A stretch of 64,000 nucleotides of DNA from Octopus sinensis. Its lineage: Eukaryota. Below, piece after piece: positions 13,418 through 26,433 of the stretch; the first letter of the stretch is position 1, and each line of letters begins with the position of its first letter. The notes beneath the pieces were generated by a model that saw only the letters and a program-made list of their open reading frames with translations, did not search any database and was not told where the DNA came from. The translations under genes and the position numbers were made by a program. Where the stretch lies: positions 12,648,001-12,712,000 of the forward strand of contig NC_043017.1 in NCBI RefSeq assembly GCF_006345805.1, written 5' to 3'.

Positions 13418-13690
13418 CATTATTATACTATCCAAACATTCCAAAATTACCTATCCCTAAAGGGTCCACTTCTGAGATATAGAAAAATATATTGAGATTT
13501 TAAAGCAATGAAACTATAAGGCATTACACAGGCACTCAGCCATGAGTCCACAGCATCTTATAGCAGAAACGGCTGTAAGCTAATGGAGTTCGTAAGATGG
13601 CATTATTATACTATCCAAACATTCCAAAATTACCTATCCCTAAAGGGTCCACTTCTGAGATATAGAAAGATATATTGAGATTTTAAAGCA
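13418..13690. repeat. 90-bp direct duplication flanking one inverted MITE arm
   Basis: 13418-13507 equals 13601-13690 (1 mismatch seen); insert 13508-13600 is the reverse complement of about 12329-12417. Confidence 0.85.
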
Positions 13691-13799
13691 GAAAAAAATC
13701 TACCGAAGATAATGTCTTCTGTCAAGGATCTTATTGGGTTTTGTGTGTGTGTGTGTGTGTGTATTTATGCATGTGTGTATGTATATAATACACACAGAC

Positions 13800-13911
13800 A
13801 AACATACAAATACATATAAGATAGAAAGAGAGAGAGAAAAAGAGACAGATAGAGAGAGAGATATAGATAGATAGAAAGATAGGGATAGATAGAGAGATAT
13901 ATAGATAGATA

Positions 13912-13944
<33 letters not shown>

Positions 13945-13973
13945 AAGAAAGATAGAGATAGATAGAAAGATAG

Positions 13974-14004
<31 letters not shown>

Positions 14005-14240
14005 GATAGATAGATAGAGATAGATAGATAGAGATAGATAGATAGATAGAGATAGATAGATAGATAGAGATAGATAGATAGATAGATATAGATAGATAGA
14101 TAGATAGATAGAGATAGATAGAGAGAGAGAGAGAGATAGACAGATAGAGATAGACAGATAGATAGATAGACAGATAGATAGATAGACAGATAGATAGAGA
14201 CAGATAGATAGAGACAGACAGATAGATAGACAGGCGTATA
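13800..14240. repeat. (AGAT)n/(AG)n/(AGAC)n compound microsatellite
   Basis: Direct inspection. Confidence 0.95.
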
Positions 14241-14540
14241 TATGTTATATATACATGTATTACGTGTCTATGTGTAGAGACAAACAGACAGATACGTCTC
14301 ACCACTACCCCCACCCAGCTTCTCTGCTTTTAATTAAGTTTCTCATTCAACCATGCCACAACACAGCTCCACTCGTTAAGCAACGTAAGTAAAACAAAGA
14401 GAAACCATTCGCATTGTTCGCTTCTGTTCTCATGCAGTCTTTACTCTATAAATTCTATTATACCTCTGACATATATATATTAGTAGTAGTCGCTGTTGTA
14501 GTAGATGTTTAGACGTATAGGTCACCGGATACTTCGTTAA

Positions 14541-15361
14541 CCCTTTAACATCTAGACTGGCCATATCTGGCCAAAATATCCTACCTGTTCAAACTGGTCA
14601 GATCCAACCCAAATATTCTCTCTTTTTTCACTATTTCACTTGTTTCAGTCATTTGACTGTTGCGACCATGCAGGAGCACCGCCTTTAGTCTAGCAAATCG
14701 ATTCCAGGACTTATTCTTTGTAAGCCTAGTACTTATTCTATCGGTCACTTTTGCCGAACTGCTAAGTTACGGGGACGTAAACACACCAGCATCAGTTATC
14801 AAGCGATGTTGGGTGGACAAACACAGACACACACAAACACAAACACATATATATATATATACATATATACATATATATGTATATAATATGTATATATACA
14901 TATATATATATGTATATACATATATATATACATATATATATATGTATATATATATGTATATACATATATATATACATATATATATATATGTATATATATA
15001 TGTATATATACATATATACGATGGGTTTCTTTCGGTTTCCGTCTACCAAATTCATTCACAAGGCTTTGGTGGGGCCCGAGGCTATAGTAGAAGACACTTG
15101 CCCAAGGTGCCACGCAGTGGGATTGAACTCGGAACCATGTGGTTCGTAAGCAAGCTACTTACCACACTGCATCAAACCCAAATCTTATACTAGTTTTATG
15201 TTCAAGCTGGCCAGATCCAATATCTCATACCTAGCCTACAACGTCATTCTAAAAATAATCACATCATTGAAATCTCAAAGCTACAAGATAATGCATGAGT
15301 AATTCAAAACAATGTTAATAAGCATTACATTTGACAAAATAATTAGAATGCTAAAAAGGGG
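14541..15361 (+). mobile_element. piggyBac-type MITE interrupted by a SINE family A copy (14637-15170, minus)
   Basis: ttaa|ccctttaac.. left end and ..ctaaaaagggg|ttat right end; internal sequence matches intact copy at 45151-45372. Confidence 0.7.
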
Positions 15362-15829
15362 TTATAGATAAAAAGTGGTAGGGCTTGAATTAAAATATAT
15401 TTAGCTGCTATTTCTAGCAGATCGAGAGGCCACATAGAAGATTCCATCAGACTTGGGCATGTTTTCTGGGTAGTGGAGACAGCATTGCGGCATCTGCCAT
15501 CATACATAAGGAACACACCCCGAGTGTGTGAGGGGTGGGTCTCAGTCAGCATAATATCGCTGGGTGGTGATGTCTTCTTGGCCTAGTTGTTCAACTTCTC
15601 TCCCCACTTCACCCTATACCCTTGTATTACCATCTGTCAAGGGGGCAACGTCTCCTATTAACACATCTACCTTCCAAACTAGTACTCTGCTCCCCCACTT
15701 TCTCTCCCCTAGCCCCCTACTCTGTATCATCATGTAATCCCCTTCTACAAAAATTAAGGGAAAAGAAAAATTTCAATCTGTTGCATAAGACAATGTCTCT
15801 TACTCTTTTCCACACCAACATAGGTGACA

Positions 15830-15864
<35 letters not shown>

Positions 15865-16189
15865 TCTTTCTCGCCTTCCCCACCACTACCACACATCACG
15901 AAGATGACACATTGCTTTCTCTCTCTCTCTCACTCTTTCTCCCCCCACCACCACACAACACTAAGATGACACATTGCTTTCTCTCTCTTTGTCCTTCCAC
16001 CAAAGTAACATCTTTACATCTTTCTTGTTGTCTTTTCACCAAACATCTCTCTCTCTCTCTCTCTCTCTCTCTGTCCTTCCAAACATGTCTCTCTTTTTCT
16101 GTCCTTCCACCAAACATCTCTCTCTCTCTCTCTCATCACCAAAGCAAAGCAACCTCTCTCCATCTCTTTCACTACAAAGACCTAAGACA

Positions 16190-16430
16190 AAGCTGTCTCT
16201 CTCTCTTTCTGATTCTCTCTCTCTCTCTTCCCCTCATTCTTTCTTATTCTCTCTCACTCTCATTCTTTCTGATTCTCTCTCTCTCATTCTTTCTGATTCT
16301 CCCTCTCTCTTTCTCTCTCCCTCATTCTTTCTGATTCTCTCTCTCCCCCTCATTCTTTCTCATTCTCCTTCTCTCTCATTCTTTCTGATTCTCTCTCTCT
16401 CCCTCATTCTTTCTCATTCTTTCTGATTCT
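16190..16430. repeat. ~27-bp pyrimidine minisatellite (cattctttctgattctctctctcccct) x about 9
   Basis: Direct inspection. Confidence 0.85.
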
Positions 16431-17311
16431 CTCTTTCACCCTCCTTTTCCAATCCACCATCTCACCCTCTTCTCCACCAACTAAGACCAACGACAACAAC
16501 AAGAACAACATACACAACAAGTACCCAGCTCCCTCTTCTCGGCAACACCAGAAACCAGACAAAGTGTCACTTCACTCCCCTGAAACAGCAACAAGCATCT
16601 CTACTTCAGCGTTGTTGTTGTTGTACATCTCACAGTCATCCTATCTCCTTTTACATACAGCAAGGTGAACGAAACCATATACGCAACAGTGTTGTGTTAC
16701 CTTCTTCTCTCCTAAGCTAACCTAAATAATAAACAACACAACTAGAAAGGTATGACTCTCTAGATTACGCACCTCTCTATCTTATCCGATGCAGGTCAAG
16801 TGCTATACACCTGCCAAACTGATTTTCACATCTTAAGCAGCCAATCAACCAACCGACATGACTATCCCACCAAATAGCCAACCAACCAATCAGGCAACCA
16901 AGAAATTAACCAACTAGCCAAGCAAGCAAACAAGCAGCCAACCAACCAATCAGCAAGCCAGCCAACCAACCAACCAAACTACAAACCAACCAGGTAACCA
17001 GCCAGCCAGCCAGCTGGCCAGCAAGTGTTGAGCTTCCGTCAAGTGAGAAAAGGATTTTGTTTCCCCTTCTTTTTCCTGTCTGTTCTGCTTAATTCATAAT
17101 CCCCATCCAAATCCAAATCTTTGGATAATGTTGTCAGATAATCCCAAGAAACAGATTAGTAATAAAGTTAATGCTGTACCATGGAAGCTGGTTGGACAGT
17201 TCCCATGTTAAGAGGGTTCCTTCACCACCCCACACAGACAACACCATCACCACCATCATCATCATCGTCATACTCATCATCACCAGCAGTAGTTACTCTG
17301 ACATAACTCAC

Positions 17312-17362
17312 TGAAGAAAGATCTGTCTTTGGATTGAGAAGGTTCTTTGCTTTGACATCATT
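17312..17362 (-). CDS. Candidate 51-nt internal exon (NDVKAKNLLNPKTDLSS in phase 0)
   Basis: Consensus GTGAGT donor, frame-preserving length, unique sequence; acceptor tgtgtatcag has a weak pyrimidine tract. Confidence 0.25.
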
Positions 17363-17779
17363 CTGATACACATATTTTAAATCCCCTCTCTCTCCTCCTC
17401 ACACACAAGAATATTCAGTGATTTCTCTCTTTGCCCTAGTTGCTGTTGTTCTTGTTGCTAAGCCCTCCACTCCACTCCTTCTAGGTCAATGGTGAACAGA
17501 GCAGACTTATAATGGAAAAGTGTTTAATCCGTGAATGTCTTGGCTTTTTGCCCAGATTACATTGCTCAGCATATCCTACAATGTTTTATGGTTTGAGGGA
17601 GATTTGGCTGCTATTTCTAGCTGGTTTAGCAACCACACTGAAGCTCCTATGATACAGTCCCCTGCTGCAGTAGCTGCTGCTTCTTACTTGCAATTGTTAT
17701 CATTCTTTGGTGCTCTAAGCTGGCAGCTGAAAGAGCAAACATGAGAAATATCCCAGCCACAACCGTCCTGTCTTTTTCC

Positions 17780-18590
17780 ACATGTGGACACTGAAATCCT
17801 GAGGAGAGAATAAAGGTAGGATGGAAGGTGTTTATCTTCAAAGATGTGCTACAAGCAAACCTGGACAAGACCTTATGTGCCAGTCTCTTCTATAACACTG
17901 CCTACCTGCACTCTTATCTCTCTCTATATAAACGGCAGTTTGTTTCTGTGTGTCTGTTAGGTTGTACCCTCACCCTGACCACGGCTTTCAACAAATTCTG
18001 ATGAAACTTGACACACACATAGCCTAATGTCATAATTCAAAACTAACGCAGCAAAAATTTTGAAAAGTTCCCCCAGTTCTGAAAAAAATCGATAAATTCG
18101 ACATGGGGTCGAGAATCAGAAACACAAACCACAGACTGTCTAAGGGACGCAACTCGACCTTTTAACTCTCAAAAACATTTACCATCATTTTTTTCCATTT
18201 TTTTGCTATTTTTTGGCTATAACTCTCTAAAAATGCTTTATAGTTATTTCCCTTACAAACCCGAGCAACGCCGGGCAATACTGCTAGTTCTATTATAAAG
18301 AAGGAAGAACACAAAGGACTATGACAGAAAGGGCCATGGAAAGATCCCATGCTAGGAACATCATTGTTTTAGAGCATGTCTGAAAATGTGGTAATTCAAG
18401 AATGGTACAGAATGAATGACATGATTGCAAAATACCAAAAGTTCAAAGTCCACTGGACTTGACACGTCACAAGGTTCACAGCAAACGGTGGACTCATGCA
18501 GTTGCTGAGTGGTATTCCAAAAGAACAAAAATGGGCCACTCCAAAGACCTCCATGATGATGAGAAGAAGATGATTTATCAAATGACATAT
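17780..18590 (+). mobile_element. RTE-clade LINE reverse-transcriptase C-terminal relic, split by a Helitron-type element
   Basis: Pieces translate as RRIKVGWKVF..KDVLQANLDKTL, ERAMERS and RWTHAVAEW, resembling RTE RRIxxGW / QRAMERSMLG / RWTxxVxEW motifs. Confidence 0.7.
17917..18287 (+). mobile_element. Non-autonomous Helitron-type element
   Basis: 5' TC after A; 3' hairpin cccgagcaacgccggg then CTAG followed by T; 3' ~100 bp shared with 23831 and 60978 copies. Confidence 0.8.
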
Positions 18591-18596
18591 TTACAA

Positions 18597-18912
18597 AGTA
18601 AGAAAACAGCACAGCTCCCATGACTTCAGGAAACATTTTTTCACGCTGAGAGTTGCTGAAGCATGGAACAAACTGCCGGCATCAGTTGTTAGTTGTCGGA
18701 GCACTGCATCCTTCAAAACTTCCATGCTTCCTGATATTCGCCAACACTACACCTGATTTTCTCCCCTCCATACACACACAAGCATGTATCTGACTCATAC
18801 ATTGTTCGCTTTCCAGACATTTCTACATTACTGCATGTACTTTATATGCACTTTCTGACAAGTTGTGGTGCACCTGAGCACTGTATACAATAATTTCATT
18901 ATATTATATTAT
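18597..18912 (+). mobile_element. CR1-clade LINE 3' end with (ATT)-like tail
   Basis: Translates RKHFFTLRVAEAWNKLPASVVSCRSTASFKTS, the CR1 ORF2 terminal FFxxRVxxxWNxLP motif, followed by 3' UTR. Confidence 0.8.
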
Positions 18913-18944
18913 GATCTGGGCTAAGATGGAAAAGAAGGATTCAT

Positions 18945-19045
18945 GGCTTTGTGGTTAGGGTGTTGGACTCCTGATCGTAAGGTTGTGGTTTGGATTCTTG
19001 GATTGGGCGACAGTTGTGTTCTTGAGCAAAACACTTAATTTCAGA
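18945..19045 (+). mobile_element. SINE family C 5' head
   Basis: tggctttgtggttagggtgttggactcctgatcgtaagg..gttgtgttcttgagcaaaacactt. Confidence 0.75.
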
Positions 19046-19929
19046 GTCAGATAAAGACTGCCATAGAGAGAAATAAAGACAGAGAGACAGAAAGAGATAT
19101 AGAGAAAGATACAGAGATATAAAGAGAGAAATAGGGCAAGATGAAAGCAGAGTCATAGAGAGACATAGAGAGGCAGAGATACAAAGAGGTATAGAGAGAC
19201 AGAGAGATAGAAACCGAGATAAAAACAGAGAGACATAAGGAGAGAGAATGGGACAAAGACACACAGAGAAGAGAAACAGACAGACAGAAAAATAAAGGTA
19301 GAGAGAGAAAGAGAGAGAGAAACGAAAAGACAGTCATAAAGAGATAAAAACAAAGAGAAATGTAGAGACACAGAGAGCAGAGATTAACAAACAAGGACAA
19401 AGAGAGATAGATAGCCATAAAGAGATAGAGAGAGAGAGAAACAAAAAGAGATGTACAGATATAGAGAGTAAAGATATAGAGAACAGGGACAAAGAGAGAC
19501 AGATAGCCATAGAGATGTAGAGAAAGAGAGAGAAATAGAGAGACAGAGATATAAAGATAGACATACAGAAATATATAGACAGAGAAAGCTGCAAAGATGG
19601 ATTATTAAAAGGGTGTAAAAGGAGAGATGGGCCTATAGTAAATAAGATACAGTGTCAGGTTGAATAACTTAGCTAAAATTAGACTGAGATGGAAACACAC
19701 ACACACACACATTTAGATAGACACAGAGGTAAATGTGCATGAGTACATACACACATATACATACATACATACATACAGAATAGGTAAAAGGAATAGAAAT
19801 AATGAGCAAGGAACACTGAAAACGATACAGCTTGTATTGAAATGTAGTCAGGTCGTCATAGGCAGGAGGCAGATTCCTTTTGTTTAAAGGATTGTGACAG
19901 AAGAAAGGTGTCTTAATTACACATAGATA

Positions 19930-19949
19930 GATGCATGCATGTGTATGTA

Positions 19950-19984
<35 letters not shown>

Positions 19985-20177
19985 GTATATATGTATATGT
20001 ATATATGTATATATATATATATATATATGTATACATATATATGTATGTATGTATATGTATATATATATATGTATATGTAAATATATATATATGTATATGT
20101 ATATATATGTATATATGTATGTATATGTATATATATATATATATATATGTATGTATATGTATATATATATGTATATA
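19930..20177. repeat. (TA)n/(TATG)n microsatellite
   Basis: Direct inspection. Confidence 0.9.
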
Positions 20178-20401
20178 CATTCGAAGCTTTCTTCCAGGGG
20201 ATCTAATGCGCTTGGCTTAGATTTCCCTTGGCGGGCTGGCCATATCGGAGCAATCTCAAGATTAATCAGCCGAAATTGCTAAGATGATCTGGTTCTTGAC
20301 TGATGACTGAGGGCTTCGAATGTCCCGTCCTGTGGTTCTTGTGTCGTCTCTGTGGTGTTTCATGTTCTTGTCCATGTCTGTAATTATTTTTACTGTTTAC
20401 C

Positions 20402-20402
<1 letters not shown>
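20178..20402 (+). mobile_element. Penelope-LTR-like element in (TA)n carrying hammerhead-like motifs, copy 1
   Basis: Homologous to 25295-25497; contains AGCAATC, GAAATTGCT and TCTTGA-CTGATGA; PLE assignment is by analogy only. Confidence 0.5.
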
Positions 20403-20436
<34 letters not shown>

Positions 20437-21171
20437 GTATACATATATATGTGTGTGTATGTGTGTGTGATATTGGTATATCTGTGTGTGTGTGTGTGAT
20501 ATCGGTATATCTGTGTGTGTGTGTGTGTGTCTAATCTTATATATATATATATATATGACACAAAACACACACATTACAGAAATATCTATCTATCTATATC
20601 ATGGATTATGAAACTTGCCAAGAATGCAAAGATACTCATTGCCTTTCATTAGATGTGGGGGTGGGGTGAGGGTGGAATAAAACTCAAATTAAAAACTGAA
20701 AAACAGAAAAAAACAAAAAACACATGTACTTTAAACAGCATTCCACCCCCAATTTTTTTTTTTTTTTGCCTGCTCAGTCGGTAACTTTTTTACTCTCACT
20801 CAGCAACTTCAATAATGCAGAAAACAAACTATTAAAGCTATTTGGGATCGTATGAATCAAGGAGATACGATATAGGTGGAGAAGAAAAGACGGAAAACAC
20901 ATAAAATAAAAGAGAAAATTAAAGAAAAAGATGGAATATATTTGGAGCAGAATGTTAACTGCTATATTCCCAGCATGCATTGCATGTAATGGCTGACATC
21001 AAGGTTAATTCACTAAAGAACAAAGTTGGTCTTTTTTTCCTCTTTCTCATTTAGCAAGGCACTAGTTGAACTTATATAGGACAGTTTTTCAGTTTTACAT
21101 ATATATATATATATATAGTGTAATAAATATATGCATACATACAAACATATATGTACGTACCTACATCTACA

Positions 21172-21211
<40 letters not shown>

Positions 21212-21744
21212 GGACAGTTTTCAGTTTTACATATATATATATATATTTGTGTGTGTAGTTATAGAAAGAGAAGAGGCCTACAAATTTGTTGTTTTTTTTT
21301 TTCTTCTTTTTCCTAGCTTAATCAGATGGGAGCCATTAACGGCTGTAATTAAGAAAATGAACTTTGTAACATCATACACCTATATGGAATGGAAGATAAA
21401 CACTTGTGTGTGAAGGAAAAGAACTGTAAAGTACACATACAGACACATACACATATCTACTTGCATACAGAGAGAGAAAGAGAGAGAGAGAGAGAGAATG
21501 CTTTATGACTATTAATAAAGGTGGCTTCACAGAAAATGATCATATGATGTAGGAATTTGATTAAAAGACAGGGAGAAGTTAGTGTTAATGCGGTAAGCAT
21601 TTAATAAAAAAAATCTAATTAGAAATACTCATGCTGAGTAAGGATGAGTATAATCATTTTAGCAAGTAAGTAGGGGGAGACAAGTACGAACATGTTTCAG
21701 TGTTATTAACCCACCTCTTCACTGTGTTTTGCAGTTTTCATTAC

Positions 21745-21960
21745 CACCATCATCATCATTTAGCATTTGTTTTCCATGCTGGCATGGGTCAGGCAGTTTG
21801 ACCAGAGCTGGCAAGCAAGAGAGCTGCACCAGGTTCCAGTCTGGTTTGGCCTGGTCCCTATGGCTGGATGCTCTTCCTAACACCGACCACTTTACAGTGA
21901 GCGTTGGGCACTTTTTGTAATGCACCAGCATGGGTCATTTTATGTAGTGCCAGTACAGGC
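21745..21960 (+). mobile_element. Family D repeat fragment
   Basis: catcatcatttagc..ttccatgctggcatggg..ggctggatgctcttcctaac. Confidence 0.7.
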
Positions 21961-22539
21961 CCTTTTATATGGCACTAGCATGGATGTCAATACATGGGAC
22001 TGGCACATATACTATTACGTGGTGCTAGCACAGGTACTTTTTTACGTAACACTGGCATAGGGCTCTGGCAGGCCAATCTTCTTCAATAGGGCAAGCGGCA
22101 TTAACAGTTCTGCTGTGGAGGACGGGGTTTTCTTGAGTACAGCAAGATGCCTGCCAATATCAGATGCAATAAATTGTCATCCAAGCATGTAGTTGACTGT
22201 GAGTAGGCACCGTTGAAAAGGTCCCAAAAGGCCCCTTGGCCGCTGCTGGAATAGATTGTCATCTATCTATTTTTTAACAGCAGCAAATCTGAAAGAGATA
22301 CTATATCAGAACAAATACTTCTCTAACTGACCTATTTATGGTATATGTATACATTAAGTATGATACATAGATAGTTGTTTTAATTAAATAACGTTTCAAT
22401 TGCATTTACTGGATTTTTAATGCCAGTAAATATAAGGACAAACAGAGGTAAACATAAGAAAATGAAACTGTTTTAAGCATTGGTTCTTCAACTGGGTAGA
22501 TGCACAAAAAAGGATAATTTAGGTAGGGATAACATTCAA

Positions 22540-22812
22540 ACCGACCAAAGCCTTGTGTGTGGAAACTGAAAGAAGCCTGTCGTATATATGTATGTGTGTG
22601 TGTATACATTTGTGTCTGTATTTGTCCCCCCAACATCACTTGACAACCGATGCTGGTGTGTTTACGTCACCGTAACTTAGCGGTTCAGCAAAAATGACCG
22701 ATAAAATAAGTACTAGGCTTACAAAGAATAAGTCCTGGGGTCGATTTGCTCGACTAAAGGCGGTGCTCCAGCATGGCCACAGTCAAATGACTGAAACAAG
22801 TAAAAGAGTAAA
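22540..22812 (+). mobile_element. SINE family A, 5'-truncated
   Basis: Matches family A centre and tail. Confidence 0.85.
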
Positions 22813-23354
22813 GATTTATATATATATATATATACATACATAAATATATTATACACATACACACTATATCAAACTGATTAAACAGCAGGATAGGCAAGGC
22901 TGGAACACTATTGATGAAACGTTCTGCTGTGGAGCAAGGGCTACCCATTTGAGGTTAAGCCATAACCAAAACAAGAAAATTTACATTTTTTTTTTGCAGA
23001 GTAAATGAAGAGAGCAGAGGTCACGCTAAAATGTCACACCAAAAGTAGAACGATAGAAAGAATAACAAAAAAAAAAAAAAGGAAAACAAATGACAGAGCA
23101 GGGATGTTATATGGAGTCTGTTCCTGAACAGCAAGAGTGTCTGGGTGAGAACCAACAAACACACACACACACACACAGGAGTAAGAGGAAAGAGTGGGAC
23201 GATGCGGGGGGGGGGGCACTCTTCAGAGCAGTTGGTTACCAATTCCTTTCATATCACAGAAAGGCTTTGGAGTGGGAGAAGAAGAGGGAGGGGGTAGAGA
23301 GAAAATGATGTAGAGGAAACACTACTGAAATTTCCAAATGACCTTTCATAAATG

Positions 23355-23471
23355 TGGTGATGGTGGTGGTAGTAGTAGTAGTAGTAGTACATTTTACTAG
23401 TAGTAGTTGTACCATTGGTGGTGGTAGTGGTGGTGGTGGTGGTAGTAGTAGTAGTAGTGGTGGTGGTGGTG

Positions 23472-23506
<35 letters not shown>

Positions 23507-23600
23507 GGTGGTGGTGGTGGTAGTAGTGGTGGTGGTGGTGGTAGTAGTAGTACATTTTACTAGTAGTAGTTGTACCATTGGTGGTGGTGGTGGAGGTGGT
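23355..23600. repeat. (GGT/AGT)n field with duplicated acattttactagtagtagttgtaccattgg block
   Basis: Block at about 23389 and 23552. Confidence 0.85.
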
Positions 23601-23830
23601 TGTTTGTGTCAGTAGTAGTATAGGAATAGTAATGTTAGTGATGGTGATGATGGTGGTGGTGGTTTGGGGATTAATATTTTCAACATCTGAGATTAAGATT
23701 CTTCTAAAAAAAAAAATATGCGTAAGCTCTTAAAACAAATTCTTTGGTGAAACAAGTGAAAACTGACAAGTTACAGGATGGAACATGGGTGACAAATAAT
23801 ACCAACCCATTTTATTATTATTATCCTTAA

Positions 23831-24342
23831 CTAGCAGTATCGCCCGGCGTTGCTCGGGTTTGTAAGGGAAATAACTATATAAGCATTTTTAGAGAGTTAC
23901 TTCCTTTAAAGATGCCAATTCGGGCTTTCTTAGCCATTTCTGTTTTGGTGTCTTCAAGCCATGAAGTCGTTGTTCTAAAAGAATGCTGGTCTCCTTGACA
24001 ACGCATTACGACGTTGATTTCTTTACACTCCCTTCCCCACAGCTTCACGAGGGAGGGAAGGGGGAGAAGCAAACACAGGTGCAGGTGTTTGAGCGTGGAC
24101 GCCAACTCCGCCGCCATCGACACACGAAAAATTATGCATTAAAATGGAATAAAAAATGATGTTAAATTATTTTTAAAATCGTAGACTCATCGTAGACGCG
24201 TGCTAATACTCAGACGGGCTCGATATGAATCACGAATATAAGATACCCGCTTTTGGTTATACTGCACCGCAAAATGTGGGAGTAGTTAGGAATCTAAATC
24301 GAAGAGGACAGACACTCACACAACTAGTTTTATATATATAGA
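23831..24342 (-). mobile_element. Non-autonomous Helitron-type element
   Basis: Minus strand A|TCtatatatataaaa ... cccgagcaacgccgggcgatactgCTAG|T; 5' part shared with 60978 copy. Confidence 0.8.
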
Positions 24343-24686
24343 TATTCTTGACAAAATGGCATAATCGTTAGTACAACGGAGACAAAATGCTTAGCGACAA
24401 TTCATTTGTTTTAACATTCTGAGTTCAAAATCTGCCATTATCCTTCCAGGATCGATAAAATAAGTAACAGATAAGCACTGGAGTTGATGTACTTGATTAA
24501 CCCCCAAAATTTCAGGCCTTCATCCAATAATAGTTTCAGTTTATTATAGTTTCAGATTATTATCATTATTATTATCATCATCATTATTACTATTATTATT
24601 ACAGAATCATAATCTAAGATGCTTGAAACATACAGAACTGAAGAAATGGGCTTTTGGTGCCCAACATATCTGACTCTTCAGTATAT

Positions 24687-24922
24687 ATTTCTTTACTACC
24701 CACAAGGGGCTAAACATAGAGGGGACAAATAAGGACAGACAAAACGGATTAAGCCAATTACATCGACCCCCAGTGCGAAACCGGTATTTTATTTATCGAC
24801 CCCCGAAAGGATGAAAGGCAAATTCGACCTCGGTGGAATTTGAACTCAGAACGCGACGACAGACGAAATACCACAAAGCATTTTTTGCCAGGCGTGCTAA
24901 TGTTTCTGCCAGCTTGCCGCCT
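24687..24922 (-). mobile_element. SINE family B, full length, with 16-bp TSD
   Basis: Flanks ctgac(t/c)cttcagtata at 24670 and 24925. Confidence 0.88.
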
Positions 24923-25294
24923 TTCTGACCCTTCAGTATAGAAACACCTTATAAACTAACAACAGATTTGTTTTCCCAGTTTCATCTCTTAACTGAATGG
25001 TGTGTGTGTGTATAGTTGAAATTTACAGAAAACAAAAGGACGAAGACAGGTAAGGGAACAAACAGGTGTATTAGTTAGATGCTTGAGAAGAATGGAAAAA
25101 TCTTTGACATTTTGAGCCTACGCTCTATGACGGAAAGGATTAAGAGAAAAATGGAGAGAGCAGAAAGAAAAAAATATATGTATATATATGTGTGTGTGTG
25201 TGTGTATGTATATATATATATATATATATATATCATCATCATCATCATCATCGTTTAGCGTCCGCTTTCCATGCTAGCATGGGTTATATATATA

Positions 25295-25497
25295 TAGTTT
25301 TTCTAATGCTCGTTGCTTAGTTTTTCTTGGAGGGCTGGCCGTGATCTAGTAATCTCAAGATTAATCAGCCGAAATTACTACGATGATCCGGTTCTTGACT
25401 GAAGACTGAGGGTTTCGAATGTCCTGTCCGTGTTTATTGTATCGTCTTCCAAGAGTTATACGTTCTTGTCCATTGTTGTATTTTTCTACATACCTTA
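25295..25497 (+). mobile_element. Penelope-LTR-like element with hammerhead-like motifs, copy 2
   Basis: Homologous to 20178-20402; TAGTAATC, GAAATTACTA, TCTTGA-CTGAAGA. Confidence 0.5.
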
Positions 25498-25532
<35 letters not shown>

Positions 25533-26331
25533 ATAACAAAGGGTAAAATTAATTAATTAAGAAGTAATCAGTAATTTCACCAAGTAGAATTCGGTAGGAA
25601 AAAAGGACCATTTCACAGTAAACTTAAGTAATACTTCATAATTAGGGTTCAGCAAAGATTTGCTTTACCACATACCAAAGTTTAGAAATAGCAGCCAAAA
25701 AATCTTAGCTATTTCTTCTACTTTAAAAAGGTATAAGTTAGACCAAGTACCAGGCTTTAAAAAAAATGAATCCCAGAGTTGATTCGTTTGACTAAAAGTT
25801 CTTCAAGGCAGTACTCCAGCATGGCCACAGTCTAATGACAGAAACAAGTAAAAGATAGATACATACATACATACACACACATCAAATAATTATTGCTTAT
25901 AACTAATTAATCATATATTCTTTACTGCAGCCTTTTTAAACATTCTGAACATGGATCACAGTCCCACACAGGTCACAAGCCTCCATTCAGGTTAGGAAGT
26001 GCAAACATAAAATAATGATAGTCAAGAACGACATGTCCGCTGATCATAATAGATCTTGCTCAATCAGGGCAAGCCTAGGGCTAAACAACAATGTCAACAA
26101 TGAAACAACATATAGATAAAAACAAATAAATTGGAAAACCAATCAGGTCAAAGTGACCTGCAAACAAAACAGAACTATCAGCACGCGGTTATCCAGAAAT
26201 ACACTGCCGCTACTTTGGACTTTAATAATCAATCACAAAATCATCTGGTTGGCTTGCTGGTTGGTTGGTTGATAGAAATCAATAATAGAGTTTCTAATTG
26301 AATAGACAATATTGCAATAGAAAATAGGGTA

Positions 26332-26362
<31 letters not shown>

Positions 26363-26433
26363 AACATATACCTACCTATAAATATACCCCAATATATATA
26401 TATATTATATATATATATATACCCCAATATATC

